Assembly: GCA_030390025.1 (NCBI GenBank)
Contig: CM059432.1
Location: 25,360,001-25,424,000 of the forward strand
From: Squalus acanthias
Lineage: Eukaryota
Reading direction: 5' to 3'
Length of the DNA: 64,000 nucleotides
Shown: one piece after another, positions 1 through 10,499 of the stretch
Numbering within the stretch: the stretch's first letter is position 1
Layout of the letters: every line of letters begins with the position of its first letter
Translations under genes and position numbers: made by a program
Notes under the pieces: generated by a model
Seen by the model: only the letters and a program-made list of their open reading frames with translations
Told to the model about the DNA's origin: nothing
Databases searched by the model: none

Positions 1-290
1 GGCCACTTTAGAGTCAACCACATTGGTGTGGTACTGGAGTTACATGTAGGCCAGACAAGGTACCGACAGCAGGTTTCCTTCCCTAAAGGATATTAGTGAG
101 CTAGGTTTTAATGACAATCCGACAACCTCATGCTCACTTTTGCTGATACCAGCATTTTGCTTCCAGATTTCTTTTTGGGTTGAATTCAAGTTCTTAAAAT
201 GCCCTGATGGGATTTGAATTGACGTTTTCTGGGTTATTAGTCTAGGCTTCTGAAGTATTATTCCAGTAATATAACTGTTACATGACCATA
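1..290 (-). mobile_element. tRNA-derived SINE fragment (SlmI/MetaSINE-like core), 5' part
   Basis: Reverse complement matches the core of the + strand copy at 59095-59580 (cactaatrtcctttagggaaggaaacctgc...acatgtractccag...gttgactct). Family name is from recalled similarity. Confidence 0.6.
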
Positions 291-338
291 CCCATATACA
301 AGGCTCTGGTATAATCATTTTATGCAGTAGGACTACTA

Positions 339-1231
339 GGGGTAAAAATTCAGTTGGTTGCGCCTCCCGTTAGCGCCTTAAGAGGGCGCTAATGGGGCGC
401 AAAGCCGCTAACGCCCGGGCGCAGCGATGTTTGCGCCGCTCGAGAACTTAACTTGAGATTGTGCGGCGGCGCTAAAACTTACCGCTGCGACCACCTGCGC
501 GCGCAGATTGTGACGTCATTCCATGGTGCAACGCCCTTGTGGCGCCCCGTAGTGGAAATTGAGTGGCGCCCCCTGCCTTACCGCCTGGCGCTAGCAACGA
601 CCAGAAGACTGGAACGCTATCAATCGCTGTGGGGCTGGGGGGGGCGCTATTTAAAGGGGGCCTCTTCCTGTCTTTTATTGTTGGTGGCATTTTTGAACTA
701 CGCATTCTGAGAGAGAGAGGGAGAGACTTCTGGAGAGATTCAACGTTGTGTGAAGGAGTTTTGGGTACTGAGCAGCACTTTGCAGGTTCATTTTGATTTG
801 CCCTTCCTTGTATCGATTTAGCAGAGACTGTGGGAGCTGCACTCTGAGCTCTTTGCCTGGTACTCTCCATTGTTCTTTCCAGCACATTTGATGTGCAAGT
901 CTCTCCAGGCCGAGATTCAAGGCTGCAATGAACAGGATGTGGATGGAAAGCAAGATTAACCATCCCCTTTAAGAACTGGCCCGTGCCATTGTGTGTGTGT
1001 TCCATTGCTGACTGACATTACATGAGCTTCGCCAGCGCTCTGAGTTAGCGCCTCACTCCTTAGCCTTTGCGCCTTAAGACAGGTGTGCAGCGCCTGCTTT
1101 AGCGCTCCACTCACCTCCCGGGGCGGTAAAAGTGAAGTTTCCAGTCAGTGCCGATAATTAGCGCCAGGTGCTAATATTTGCGTCCAGACGATGTTTGCGC
1201 CCCAAATGGGGCGCGACCTAATTTCTACCCC
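339..1231. mobile_element. Harbinger-derived MITE, family A, copy 1
   Basis: TIRs GGGGTAAAAATT / AATTTCTACCCC; 3-bp TSD CTA (336-338, 1232-1234); arrays of (T)AGCGCC motifs near both ends; homologous to 2491-3382 and 31987-32882. Confidence 0.93.
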
Positions 1232-1243
1232 CTAGAGTTTAAT

Positions 1244-1599
1244 CAGCTAGGACTATCCTACATCTTAGGGCACTTGGATTGCATGGTTATCCGGAGTCAG
1301 GAATCGCAGCCCCAATGACAGATCTAGCCATCCAGGTTCCATCAATAATCCAGGCTGACTGATGAGTCAACAATTCCTTGGAGTAGTAAGGACCTGCCTG
1401 GCTCAGTTATAAAATTTCCAAGCCTGCCGCAGTGGATTAACATGTTTCCATTGCCAGGCGTGTCACATTGGAGCCAAGCCAACCCCAAAGAGGCCCTTTC
1501 CGTGGGATGACTCACTGCTGGACCTGTCATTGAGGCAGCGATTCCTGACTCCCGATAACCATGCAATCCAAGTGCCCTAAGAAGTGGGATGACCCACTG
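1244..1599. mobile_element. Foldback/MITE-like element with ~85-bp imperfect terminal inverted repeats
   Basis: 1244-1329 (…cttagggcacttggattgcatggttatccggagtcaggaatcgc…) is the reverse complement of 1517-1599. Ends are CAG…CTG; no TSD recognised. Confidence 0.7.
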
Positions 1600-2490
1600 C
1601 CTTGAAGAGAAAATGGAGGAGGGGGAAACAAAACGAAAAAGAAACTAATAACAATGTAATCTAAATAAAATGCAAATTCACTTAAGAAAACATTGATCGA
1701 AAAACACATTTGCTTTAAGAGCAATCTCTATACAGATGTTGTCCAATTTATTTCCATTATACTGTATTTCTGACCTGTATATCTTGCGTGTGTGGGGTGT
1801 GAGGGGAATTATACAATTGCAGTGATGCATTGTGGTTAACATAAAGTGACCTTACACCCTTCAGTTCTGCAGCATGTGTCATTAATCATCCGTTGGTGAA
1901 CCCCACCTAGTCACAAATGAAAAACATCAGAATTTCTTAATAGACTATTCTTAAAAGGTGATGAGATGTGTCATCTTCCCTTTATAGCACAGATATGCTT
2001 TTGGATTTTTCCAATAAGATTGCTGTTAACTGTCAAATACACTTTGCCTTGGTCTCACACAAATATGTTGGGCATGTGTTTCACAGGTTACTGCACTGGA
2101 AAACAGGTCATTTCACGGTAATTTATCCCTGTGTACTGATTGTCGGATCAATTAGTAATGGTTCAAAAGTGAATTCCTGAGACAAACAATTAGAGCCAAG
2201 AACTAAAGGGACTGATTTACCTGGCCCTCATCTGTCCAGGCAGAGCTACAGCCTTTTTTGATGTCCCAGGCCGTAAACGAGGGGCTAGTGCCAGCAAAGA
2301 GGCCAGAAAAATAGATTGTGGCTGCAGGACCCACTGCTGGCCTAAGGGCCTTCTGGTTGCCGTTGGAGATCAGTAGCCAGATGCCTTTGGGCCTGAAAAT
2401 TATTGTTAGCCCGCACAATAAAAATGGCCACTGAACTTCTGGCCCTGCTGTCAGGTTCCTACTATTACAAGGTCACCAATATGAGGCCAA

Positions 2491-3382
2491 GGGGGAGAAA
2501 TTCAGTATCGCCCCATTTGGGGCGCAATTATCGTCCGGGCGCAAAGATTAGTGCCTGCCGCTAATTATCGCCACCGACTGCAAACTTGACTTTTATCGCC
2601 CCTGGAGGTGATTGGAGCGCTAAATCAGGCGCTTCACACCTGTCTTAAGGTGCAAAGGCCGAGGAGCGAGGCGCTACCTCAGAGCGCTGGCGAAGCTCAT
2701 GCGATGTCAGTCAGCAATGGAACACAGACACAATGGCGCAGGCCAATTCTTAAAGGGGAGGTTGATCTTGCTCTCCATCCACATCCTGCTCATTGCAGCC
2801 TTGAATCTCGGCCTGGAGAGACCTGCACATCAAATCTGCTGGAAAGAACAATGGAGAATACCAGGGAAAGAGCTCAGAGTGCAGCCCCCACAGTCTCTTC
2901 TAAATCGTTACCAGGAAGGGCAAATCAAAATGAACCTGCAAAGTGCTGCTCAGTACCCAAAACTCCTTCACACAGCGTTGAATCTCTCCAGAAGTCTCTC
3001 TCTCTCTCTCTCAGAATGCGTGGTTCTAAAATGTTACCAACAATAAAAGGCAGGAAGCGGTCACCTTTAAATAGCGCTCCCCCAGTCCCTTCCTGACTGC
3101 AAAACGCTCCCCTCAACCTGTCGTTGCTAGTGCCAGGCGGTAAGGCAGGGGGCGCCACTCAATATCCGCTCCAGGGCGATACCGGGGCGTTGCGCACTCG
3201 ACTGACGTCACGATCTGCCGGCGCAGGAGATCATGGCGGTAGTGTTTAGCGCCACCGCAAAATGTCTAGTTAATTTCGCGAGCGGCGCAAACATCGCCGC
3301 GCCCGGGCGCTAGACTCTTTGCGCCCCATTAGCGCCCTCTTAAGGCACTAACGGGAGGCGCAACCAACTGAATTTTTCCCCC
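2491..3382. mobile_element. Harbinger-derived MITE, family A, copy 2 (inverted relative to copy 1)
   Basis: TIRs GGGGGAGAAATT / AATTTTTCCCCC; TSD CAA (2488-2490, 3383-3385). Confidence 0.94.
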
Positions 3383-3479
3383 CAAATCTTTTACTGGAAA
3401 TGGCTGCCCAACCAATGAGGGAAGAGGAAACGATCAGGGAAATCAGTCCTGGAGAGTTTTAATAACTCTGAAGACAAGC

Positions 3480-5070
3480 TAGTCTAAATTTTCCTCAGTG
3501 ATGCAATCAAGTGTGGCAGGGCAGAACTTCCACCTGCCAAAAGTCAAGAGCGCTGACCCCACCTTCGTTTCTGGAGTCAGGGTGATTTGCCTAAGTCAGG
3601 AGAGCTCTTTGAAATTGGCAGCTCACCATTTTGGGGCATTATTTAGGACAACAGATCCCCAAGGAGAACAGTTCAGGGTAATGGGGTCAGTACCAATTCA
3701 ACCAACCCAAGCACTGCCACTCAAGGCAGGAAGAAATTAAGTGACCTTACCAGGCCAGGCAAAGCAAGAGGAGATAGTCATATCTTCTAAGAATGCACTG
3801 TACTAAGCAGTGTATTATAATACTTGAATTCCTTATCATCAATGGCCAACGTGCTATCCTTCCTACCCATCAGGAAGGCAATTCTGCCTCCACAGTCAGC
3901 ATGTGCATCTTCTTGGCTCAAGAATCCAGGGATCCAGATCTCAAGCTTTAAGAGAAGGATGTTTGCAGAGCACCAAACTGGGAATGGTGTTTAATACTGT
4001 GCAGTGCGCCAATTGTAGGAGTACACCACACTTATCTGCGGTAACTTAATGAATCTCTTTGTAGTCTATCCTGGTGCACATGGTGGCTACAGAGATATCT
4101 GCAATGGGTGCTTCCACGACAGAGGACCTTAGGGCAATCTATGTTTCTTTCATGGATGCTCAACTACTGGTATAGAGGTGCCAGTTGGCTGATCTGGATA
4201 TACATTAGCCAATGCCCTCACACACTCCTGCCACTCAAGTAGGACCTAGAAGGAGCACGAGATTAGGGTTAAGAGTTCACACCTCACATACTGGCACCAT
4301 GAAAAAGGACAATGGTAAGGAACACTAGGAAGATTCACACACTTTTGAGTAACATTTACGGTTCCACTAAAATTACAACACTGCCTTTTCTTGGTTTTAA
4401 ATACTTTCCTCATTTGTATGTGGTCATCCTTTCCCTTTTGGAATATCCCTCCTGACTCCTGACCACTGTCCTCCAACAGACAGGGCACATCATCATCTTT
4501 TTTATTGTGAAGGGCAAGGCCCATTGTGTAGGACACAACCAAGGTTAAAACAATTTGGAGAGAGTTAAAATGAGAGCCATTGTATTGAGTCATGACTTAA
4601 ACATTGAGGATGCAGGGAGCAGAAAGATTGTGCAGGATAGCATGTTTGGAGTTTTGGAAGAAACTGAGAAGGGCATAATAGCAAAACCAGCTCATTGCTC
4701 TAATGGGATCTTTCTGTGCTCAACATTTGCCTATATAACAAGAGCTGCACTCCAAAACAAAAACATTGGTTCACTGTACGTGACATGGTTTGGGACATTT
4801 TTGAGAGACATGATAAAATGTTGCATAAATGCACATCTTACTATCTTAGATGGGCCAAATAGCTGGAGTGTAGTTGATGTTCCTTGACCTCTGACTACTG
4901 TGCCATTATTGATCCCCCATTTACAAAATGTACGCAACCAGTGAGGGTGCAGCCAACATTGGTTCCATCAATACTCCCCTCCCTCTCCTTTATTGCCAGG
5001 CTAACCTTACAAACTTGTGCATATGTGGAATTAAAGGTAGAAGCTCGACTGGAGCACAGTCTATTAGAAT
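3480..5070 (-). pseudogene. Highly decayed LTR-retroelement internal sequence (possible integrase remnant)
   Basis: Minus-strand reading gives CxxC-like 'CSSC' followed by 'TQYNGSHFNS' (~4590-4561), resembling the integrase DNGxxFxS motif. Many stops; weak similarity only. Confidence 0.3.
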
Positions 5071-5074
5071 CTTT

Positions 5075-5241
5075 GAGGTAGATTTTCATCTTCACTGCCT
5101 GGGTGGAGTAGACCGCCCGCCTGCCCTTTATGGAACCCACCTAATTTTCATTCCATTGAAATCAATAAATTTAAATCTGGCCAGTTCTATAAAGGGTGTG
5201 ATCCAGATTATAGCCCAGTAGGTGAAGATGAAATCTATCCC
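5075..5241. mobile_element. Small Harbinger-type MITE
   Basis: Inverted ends GAGGTAGATTTTCATCTTCACTGCCTGGG / CCCAGTAGGTGAAGATGAAATCTATCCC; TSD TTT. Related to 59601-59707. Confidence 0.75.
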
Positions 5242-5796
5242 TTTACCTTTTATATTATAACCCTTGGGGGATGGAGAACAGGCTCATCTCCATATGCTTG
5301 ATGACTGCTCAGCTCTTCACAAGAGTCTGTCCTTGCTAATTTATAAGAAAATGCAAACGCTCTGATCATTATTTCATGTTCCCCTGTCTTGCCTTCACCT
5401 TTGCCGATGATAATCTTCCTTTGCACCAATGGCTAACCAGGCCTCTTCCCTCTCTGAGGCTGCATAAATAGAATGAAATAATTGGGTTCTATTTCTTTTT
5501 AACAGAGCGTCTGCCTTCAGCTCGCAGCACAGCCGTGGGCTGCACATCAGTAGTGAGGACGTGTTATCTGCAGCTGGCCGACTTTTATCTCTCATTGTTT
5601 CTGCCAGGCTATTTACCAATTACTCTGCCAATCACTTTGAGTCTAGGGTAAAACGGTTGTTTTAAAACCTTTTTTTTTCTCAATGCTGATACAATTTACT
5701 GTTATCATTGGGATCCTCAAAATAAGAACCCTTAATCCATCCATCCCAACTGCAAATATTTTTCAATTGTAGGTGAGCAATGTATAAAAAATATTA

Positions 5797-5880
5797 GGGC
5801 GAAATTGGGCTCGGTAGCGCCCGTTTTTTAGGAGCTTTGGGGCCCTTAAGGTTCCAAAATGGCGTCTGTGGCGTGCGCCA
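5797..5880. mobile_element. Truncated Harbinger-MITE end
   Basis: GGGCGAAATTGGG…TAGCGCCCG terminus resembling families A/B; cut off by the SINE tail at ~5885. Confidence 0.55.
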
Positions 5881-5884
5881 AAAA

Positions 5885-6600
5885 AAAGAGAAAGACTTGC
5901 ATTTATGTAGCGCCTTTCATGACCACCGGACGTCCCAAAGGGCTTTACAGCCAATTAAGTATTTTTTTGAAGTGTAGTCACTGTTGTAACATAAGAAATG
6001 CGGCAGTCAATTTGCACACAGCAAGCTCCCACAAACAGCAATGTGATAAATGACCAGACACCGCTGCTCTTCTTCAAAATAGTGCCACGGAAACTTTTAT
6101 GACCATCTGAGAGAGCAGACGGGGCCTGGTTTAATGTCTCATCATTAAATAAATTAGCTACATCATTAAATAAATTTAAAACAGAAATAGACAGTTTCCT
6201 AGAAGTAAAGGGCATTAAGGGTTACGGGGAGCGGGCAGGAATTTGGACATGAGTCTAGGTTCGGATCGGTCATGGCCCTGTGGGTAGTGGAGCGGGCCCA
6301 GGAACCGTGTAGCCTGATTCTGCTCCTATTTCGTGTGTGCAATTCTGTTAGATGCAGGAGATGGTTCTGTGATAGTAGATAGTAGATTGGCGGTTAGGAT
6401 CAGATCAGCCATGATCTTATTGAATGGCGGAGCAGGCTCGAGGGGCCGATTGGCCTACTCCTGCTCCTATTTCTTATGTTAAAGACAGCACCTGCGGTGT
6501 CAGCCTAGCTTTTTGTACTCAAGTCTCTGAAGTGGGACTTGAACCCACAACCTTCATAACTCAGACAGCAAGAGTGCTACCAACTGAGCCACAGCTGACA
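5885..6600 (-). mobile_element. Deu-domain SINE (SacSINE1/AmnSINE1-like), interrupted by a CR1 3' piece
   Basis: Reverse complement of the near-complete copy at 40800-41230: tail at 5885-6142, tRNA-like head at 6481-6600. Confidence 0.85.
6143..6480 (+). mobile_element. CR1 LINE 3' end with doubled terminal motif
   Basis: …aaatagacagtttcctag…aagggttacggggagcgggcagg…; canonical tail gatcagccatgatcttattgaatggcggagcaggctcgagggg…ttcttatgtt. Confidence 0.88.
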
Positions 6601-6824
6601 CATAACATTGAGACATGTGTGCACGATTCAGGAGTACCTGCAGAACAGGAGAGAGGCTTGCGTGATCATAGACAATAAATCATTGAAGATTCACAAGCAA
6701 TGTGACAATGCCATTAGGAAGGTTAATAAGGTTGTGGTTTGTATTGGTAGGACAATGCAAAATAAAACTAAGAACACTATATGTAAGCTGAACAAGTCAG
6801 CAGCACAGGTTTACTTGATGTATT

Positions 6825-7564
6825 GGCCCAAAAATTAGTCTTAGTACACGAGAGTACGCACTGTGTACTCTCGCGTATTCTGTCTCCAATTGCCGGTTTA
6901 CTGCATGCACTGCGCATGCGCTGAAAACCGGCACTTGGTGAACTCAAAAGGGGGTGGTTCCTAGGTGAACCGCGTGCGCGCTACAGGCTGCGCGCACGCA
7001 GTGCACTTAGTGCTTTGAACGCGCAGGTAAGCATGGAAGATTTTGCACATAAAGAAAGGAGGCGTAAGACCCTCTTTTAACAAGGTAAGTAGTTAATTAA
7101 GTATTATTTTAAAAAATTTTCAACAGGTTTATCTTTTTTAGTGACTTTAAAGAAAGGTAAGTTTATTTTTATAACTTTTAAAAATATTTTAAATTTTTTC
7201 AAAAATTAAATTTTTTGTTTAAAGTGGTTAATTTATTTAACTATACTTATTTTATTAATGTGATGGTTTTTTTAAATTTAATTGAGGTTTAGCTGTTCTT
7301 TTGGGGGGGTATAGATTCATAGCTTTGACAGCCCTTGCTGTCAAAACTATGAATGAAAGATGGTGTGCTGCCATTGGCTCTAACTGAATCACGTGATCCA
7401 CAGCTCGCACGAATTAACTGCGTCTGTGGGATATGCACACACTGCACAGCTGCAGCCTTGAAACTAAAGTTCGTGTGAGCTCGGAAGGAAAAGGCAGGCG
7501 CGCAGTGAGATATCGCGGGGAAGCCTTACCCCCGCAGGAAGGCTCCGTCTTTAATTTCTGGGCC
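6825..7564. mobile_element. Harbinger-derived MITE, family C, copy 1
   Basis: TIRs GGCCCAAAAATT / AATTTCTGGGCC; TSD ATT; AT-rich core; homologous to 9687-10449 and 25898-26663. Confidence 0.93.
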
Positions 7565-7587
7565 ATTATATCTAGGTTTGGTCCCCA

Positions 7588-8990
7588 TATAAAGGAATAG
7601 CCATATTCAGAAAAATACACCATCCTATGAACAGAATTCTGACTTTATTAAAACATGACAGACTGGGTTTAAAAATCTAGAAGCCTCAACAACACAAAGC
7701 TGTAAACACCATACAGGCTTTTGAGATAAAGATCAGTTGTTGACACTGAAACAAAAGCTTCATTGAAACAGAGGGTTGGAGGTTCCTAGAAGTCTGAAGT
7801 TTTGGAAAGAGCACAATGGAATCCCCAGTTAAGGTGTCATAAACCAACACTTTGAAATGAATCACATAAATTAAAGAAACATATGCCTTCATAAATATGA
7901 CATCAAATGAAAGACAGGAGACATAATTCTTGGTACAACCAATTGAAGTAGCTCGGAAGACAATCATGTACTCGGTTGAAGTGTTTATAATTTACATGTT
8001 GTCAAAAGATACAAGCAAAAGACTTTCATAAATATGACATCAATAGATGCACCAAGCAATCACATTGTTTGTGTTAAACTTGGAACAGATAGGAGACACG
8101 AAGTCTGTTTAAAACCAGCTGAGGTGATTTAAGAATTGAATAGAAGACCTTCGTAAGAATGGCATCAAATAGATACATCTATTATAACCGTTTTTTATGA
8201 TAAGTTTTGAACACCTAAAGGTAGAGACACAAGTCTGCAAGCTAACAGCTGAACTGACAGTAAGAATAGAAAGACGTTAACAGAAATATAACTAGAGATA
8301 ATTAGCTTACATCAGCAGGAAACTTCAAAGGATATACCACTGAAAAAAGGGTATAAAAGATTGGATTTTCAAATGGGAAAACAGAATTCGCTGGAAGGGG
8401 CAAACGATTCTCAACTTCAGAGGCAAGCTCTGTAAGTTTTCAACTCTTTGAGTCTCGGGTGATCAAAGGTATTTGTATTTGATTTTGGTGGATATCCTGG
8501 ATTAAGACTAAGTAGAAATGTAAAAATGTAACAAAGTTAAGATTTGAGAATAAGGATCTCTGAGAATAAGAATTGTAAGCTATTTGTTTTTAGAACTGTT
8601 AATGTTGCGACTGAATCACCAACTGTTAACTACATGTCGGTTCTTTAATAAATCTATATATTTTTAGAATTGTCTCACATAGTACTTCTGTATCAAACTC
8701 GCAAACTCAATCTCTGTACACTCTTTGGTGAGGAGTTGCAGAATTCTGGGGGAGTTTTCCAAACCCTCATAATATCCAGAAGGTTACAGTCTAGTTAAAC
8801 TTATTAAAAGTGCTATCTGGAGGACGGTAACATCTTCAAGATGTTCCTTTCCTTTAGGGAGAGATAGTCTAGACCTTTAGACCCAATTAAGGATTCAGCT
8901 ATCTCTAACTTTAGTTGAAGGTGAATGTCTGGGGAATACGCCTGATCCGGGGTGGCCCGAAAAGGGCTAGGACTAGTAATAATCCTTTCA
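7588..8990 (+). mobile_element. Solo LTR (~1.4 kb)
   Basis: 4-bp TSD CCCA (7584-7587, 8991-8994); ends TATAAAGGA…TCCTTTCA (decayed TG…CA inverted ends); TATAAAA 8352, AATAAA 8647; internal U3-like repeats (ttcataaatatgacatcaa x2). Removal restores the host CR1. Confidence 0.8.
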
Positions 8991-9050
8991 CCCAAACATG
9001 GCGGGCAATATCAAAACCCTGAAAAGGTGCAGAGGACCATACGGATACCT

Positions 9051-9320
9051 GGGGGGGGAAACTTTAACCCAAAAAACAGGTGGGTTGGGGTCGGGTGGGA
9101 GGTTGCAGTGTTAAAAAACTGAATCCCGACCCCAACCCACCCACTTCCGGTTTTAACGGAGGCGGGACAGGGGTGGGCAGCCAACCCGCTCCCAGGAGCC
9201 TCCCCACCTGGCTGGCTGAGGGCGGGAAACAGAGCTTTGAAATGTTAATCAGGCCCTGCCATTAAATTTGGCAGGGCCTGCGGGAAACCAGTTCTCCCGG
9301 GCTTCCCAACCGCTTTCTAG
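9051..9320. mobile_element. Truncated Harbinger MITE, family D
   Basis: GGGGGGAAACTTTAACCC…gggttggggtcgggtggg…cttccggttttaacggaggcggg; matches the left end of 37436-39035. Confidence 0.75.
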
Positions 9321-9686
9321 CCTTAGGATTCTTAGCATAGGCTCTAGGAAAGCAAGATATTTTCATTACAGAAGAATAAGCCTTAAGGATATATTTTTGA
9401 CTGTTTTTAAAATGATAAACGGATTTGATTCTGTCCAGTGGACAAGTCTAACTGATGCATAAGTATGGAAGAATCAGAGGGCATGAGTGTAAAATATGTA
9501 GGGAAAGAGTTCGGTTACATGTTTAAAAATATTTCTTTTCACAGAGAATCATTGGTCTCGGGAACAAACTACCAAAACGTGCATCGAATGTGAATTTACT
9601 GCAGCCTCTCCAAAGGAAGATGAACAAGTTCCTGAGAGATGAAGACATTTCCAGTTATAGGGGGTAAGTCAACTGGGAATAATAAT

Positions 9687-10449
9687 GGCCCAGAAATTCG
9701 GCGCTTGTCGGATGAGTACGCGCTGTGTACTCACCCGTAAAGCCACTTGAAGTGCCGGTTTCCTGCATGCACTGCGCATGCGTGGGAAACCGGAACTTCC
9801 GGTCTCGTGAAGGGAGGGGTTCAGAGGTGAACCGCGCGCGCGGGAGAGGCTGCGCGCATGCAGCGAACTTTGGGTTTTTTTCAGGTTTCTCCGGGAAGGT
9901 AAGTATGGAAGAAGCTGCGCTTCTAAAAAGGAGGCGCAAGACCCGTTTTTAACAAGGTAAGTGGTTAATTAATTACAATTTAAAACATTTTTCAACAGGT
10001 TTATCTTTTTTAGATACTTTAAAGAAAGGTAAGTTTATTTTTAGCATCATTAAAATGTATTTTAATTTTTCAAAAATTAAAATTTTTGTTTAAAGTATTA
10101 AATTTATTTAACTTATAGTTATTTTAAAAATGTGATGTTTTTTAAAACATTTATTTGAAGTTTAGGTGTTGTTTTGGGGCTGATTTCAATTCATAGATTT
10201 GACAGGTCTTCCTGTCAAATCTATGAATGAAAATGCCCTGCTAGGATTGGCTCTCTATGGCCCACGTGATCCCAGGGGACGCTTCGAACTAACTGCGCCC
10301 CTGGGACACGCAAGCACTGCGCGCCGGCAGCTGCAGGAGGCCCAGGACCCGAAGTTCTCGTGGGCCCAAAACACAACGACAGGCGCGGTAGGTAAGTACG
10401 CATGCGATGCTTGCACCCGCAGGAAGCCGGAAAACCGAATTTCTGGCCC
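9687..10449. mobile_element. Harbinger-derived MITE, family C, copy 2
   Basis: TIRs GGCCCAGAAATT / AATTTCTGGCCC; TSD imperfect (AAT/AAA). Confidence 0.92.
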
Positions 10450-10499
10450 AAAATTTATGAGTTACAGCCCTCTCTTGCGGCTCTGCTTGATTTCCTTAG

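Larger units (their letters stand above)
6605..9680 (+). pseudogene. Old CR1 RT C-terminal/3' remnant, split by three younger insertions
   Basis: Removing 6825-7564, 7588-8990 and 9051-9320 rejoins a decayed CR1 'QERGL…NAIRKVNK…Y…FGPH…ALxxVQR' region. Confidence 0.7.

Noticed and set aside
472..1005. ORFs of 110-177 aa recurring at 472-1005, 2608-3096 and 32272-32610 as a possible gene family
   Set aside because: They lie inside MITE copies, frames shift between copies (variable GA microsatellite), and there is no domain beyond a short Myb-like start.
339..3382. A single 3-kb element with 890-bp TIRs that moved as a unit
   Set aside because: Each copy has its own TSD (CTA, CAA) and the outer flanks do not match.
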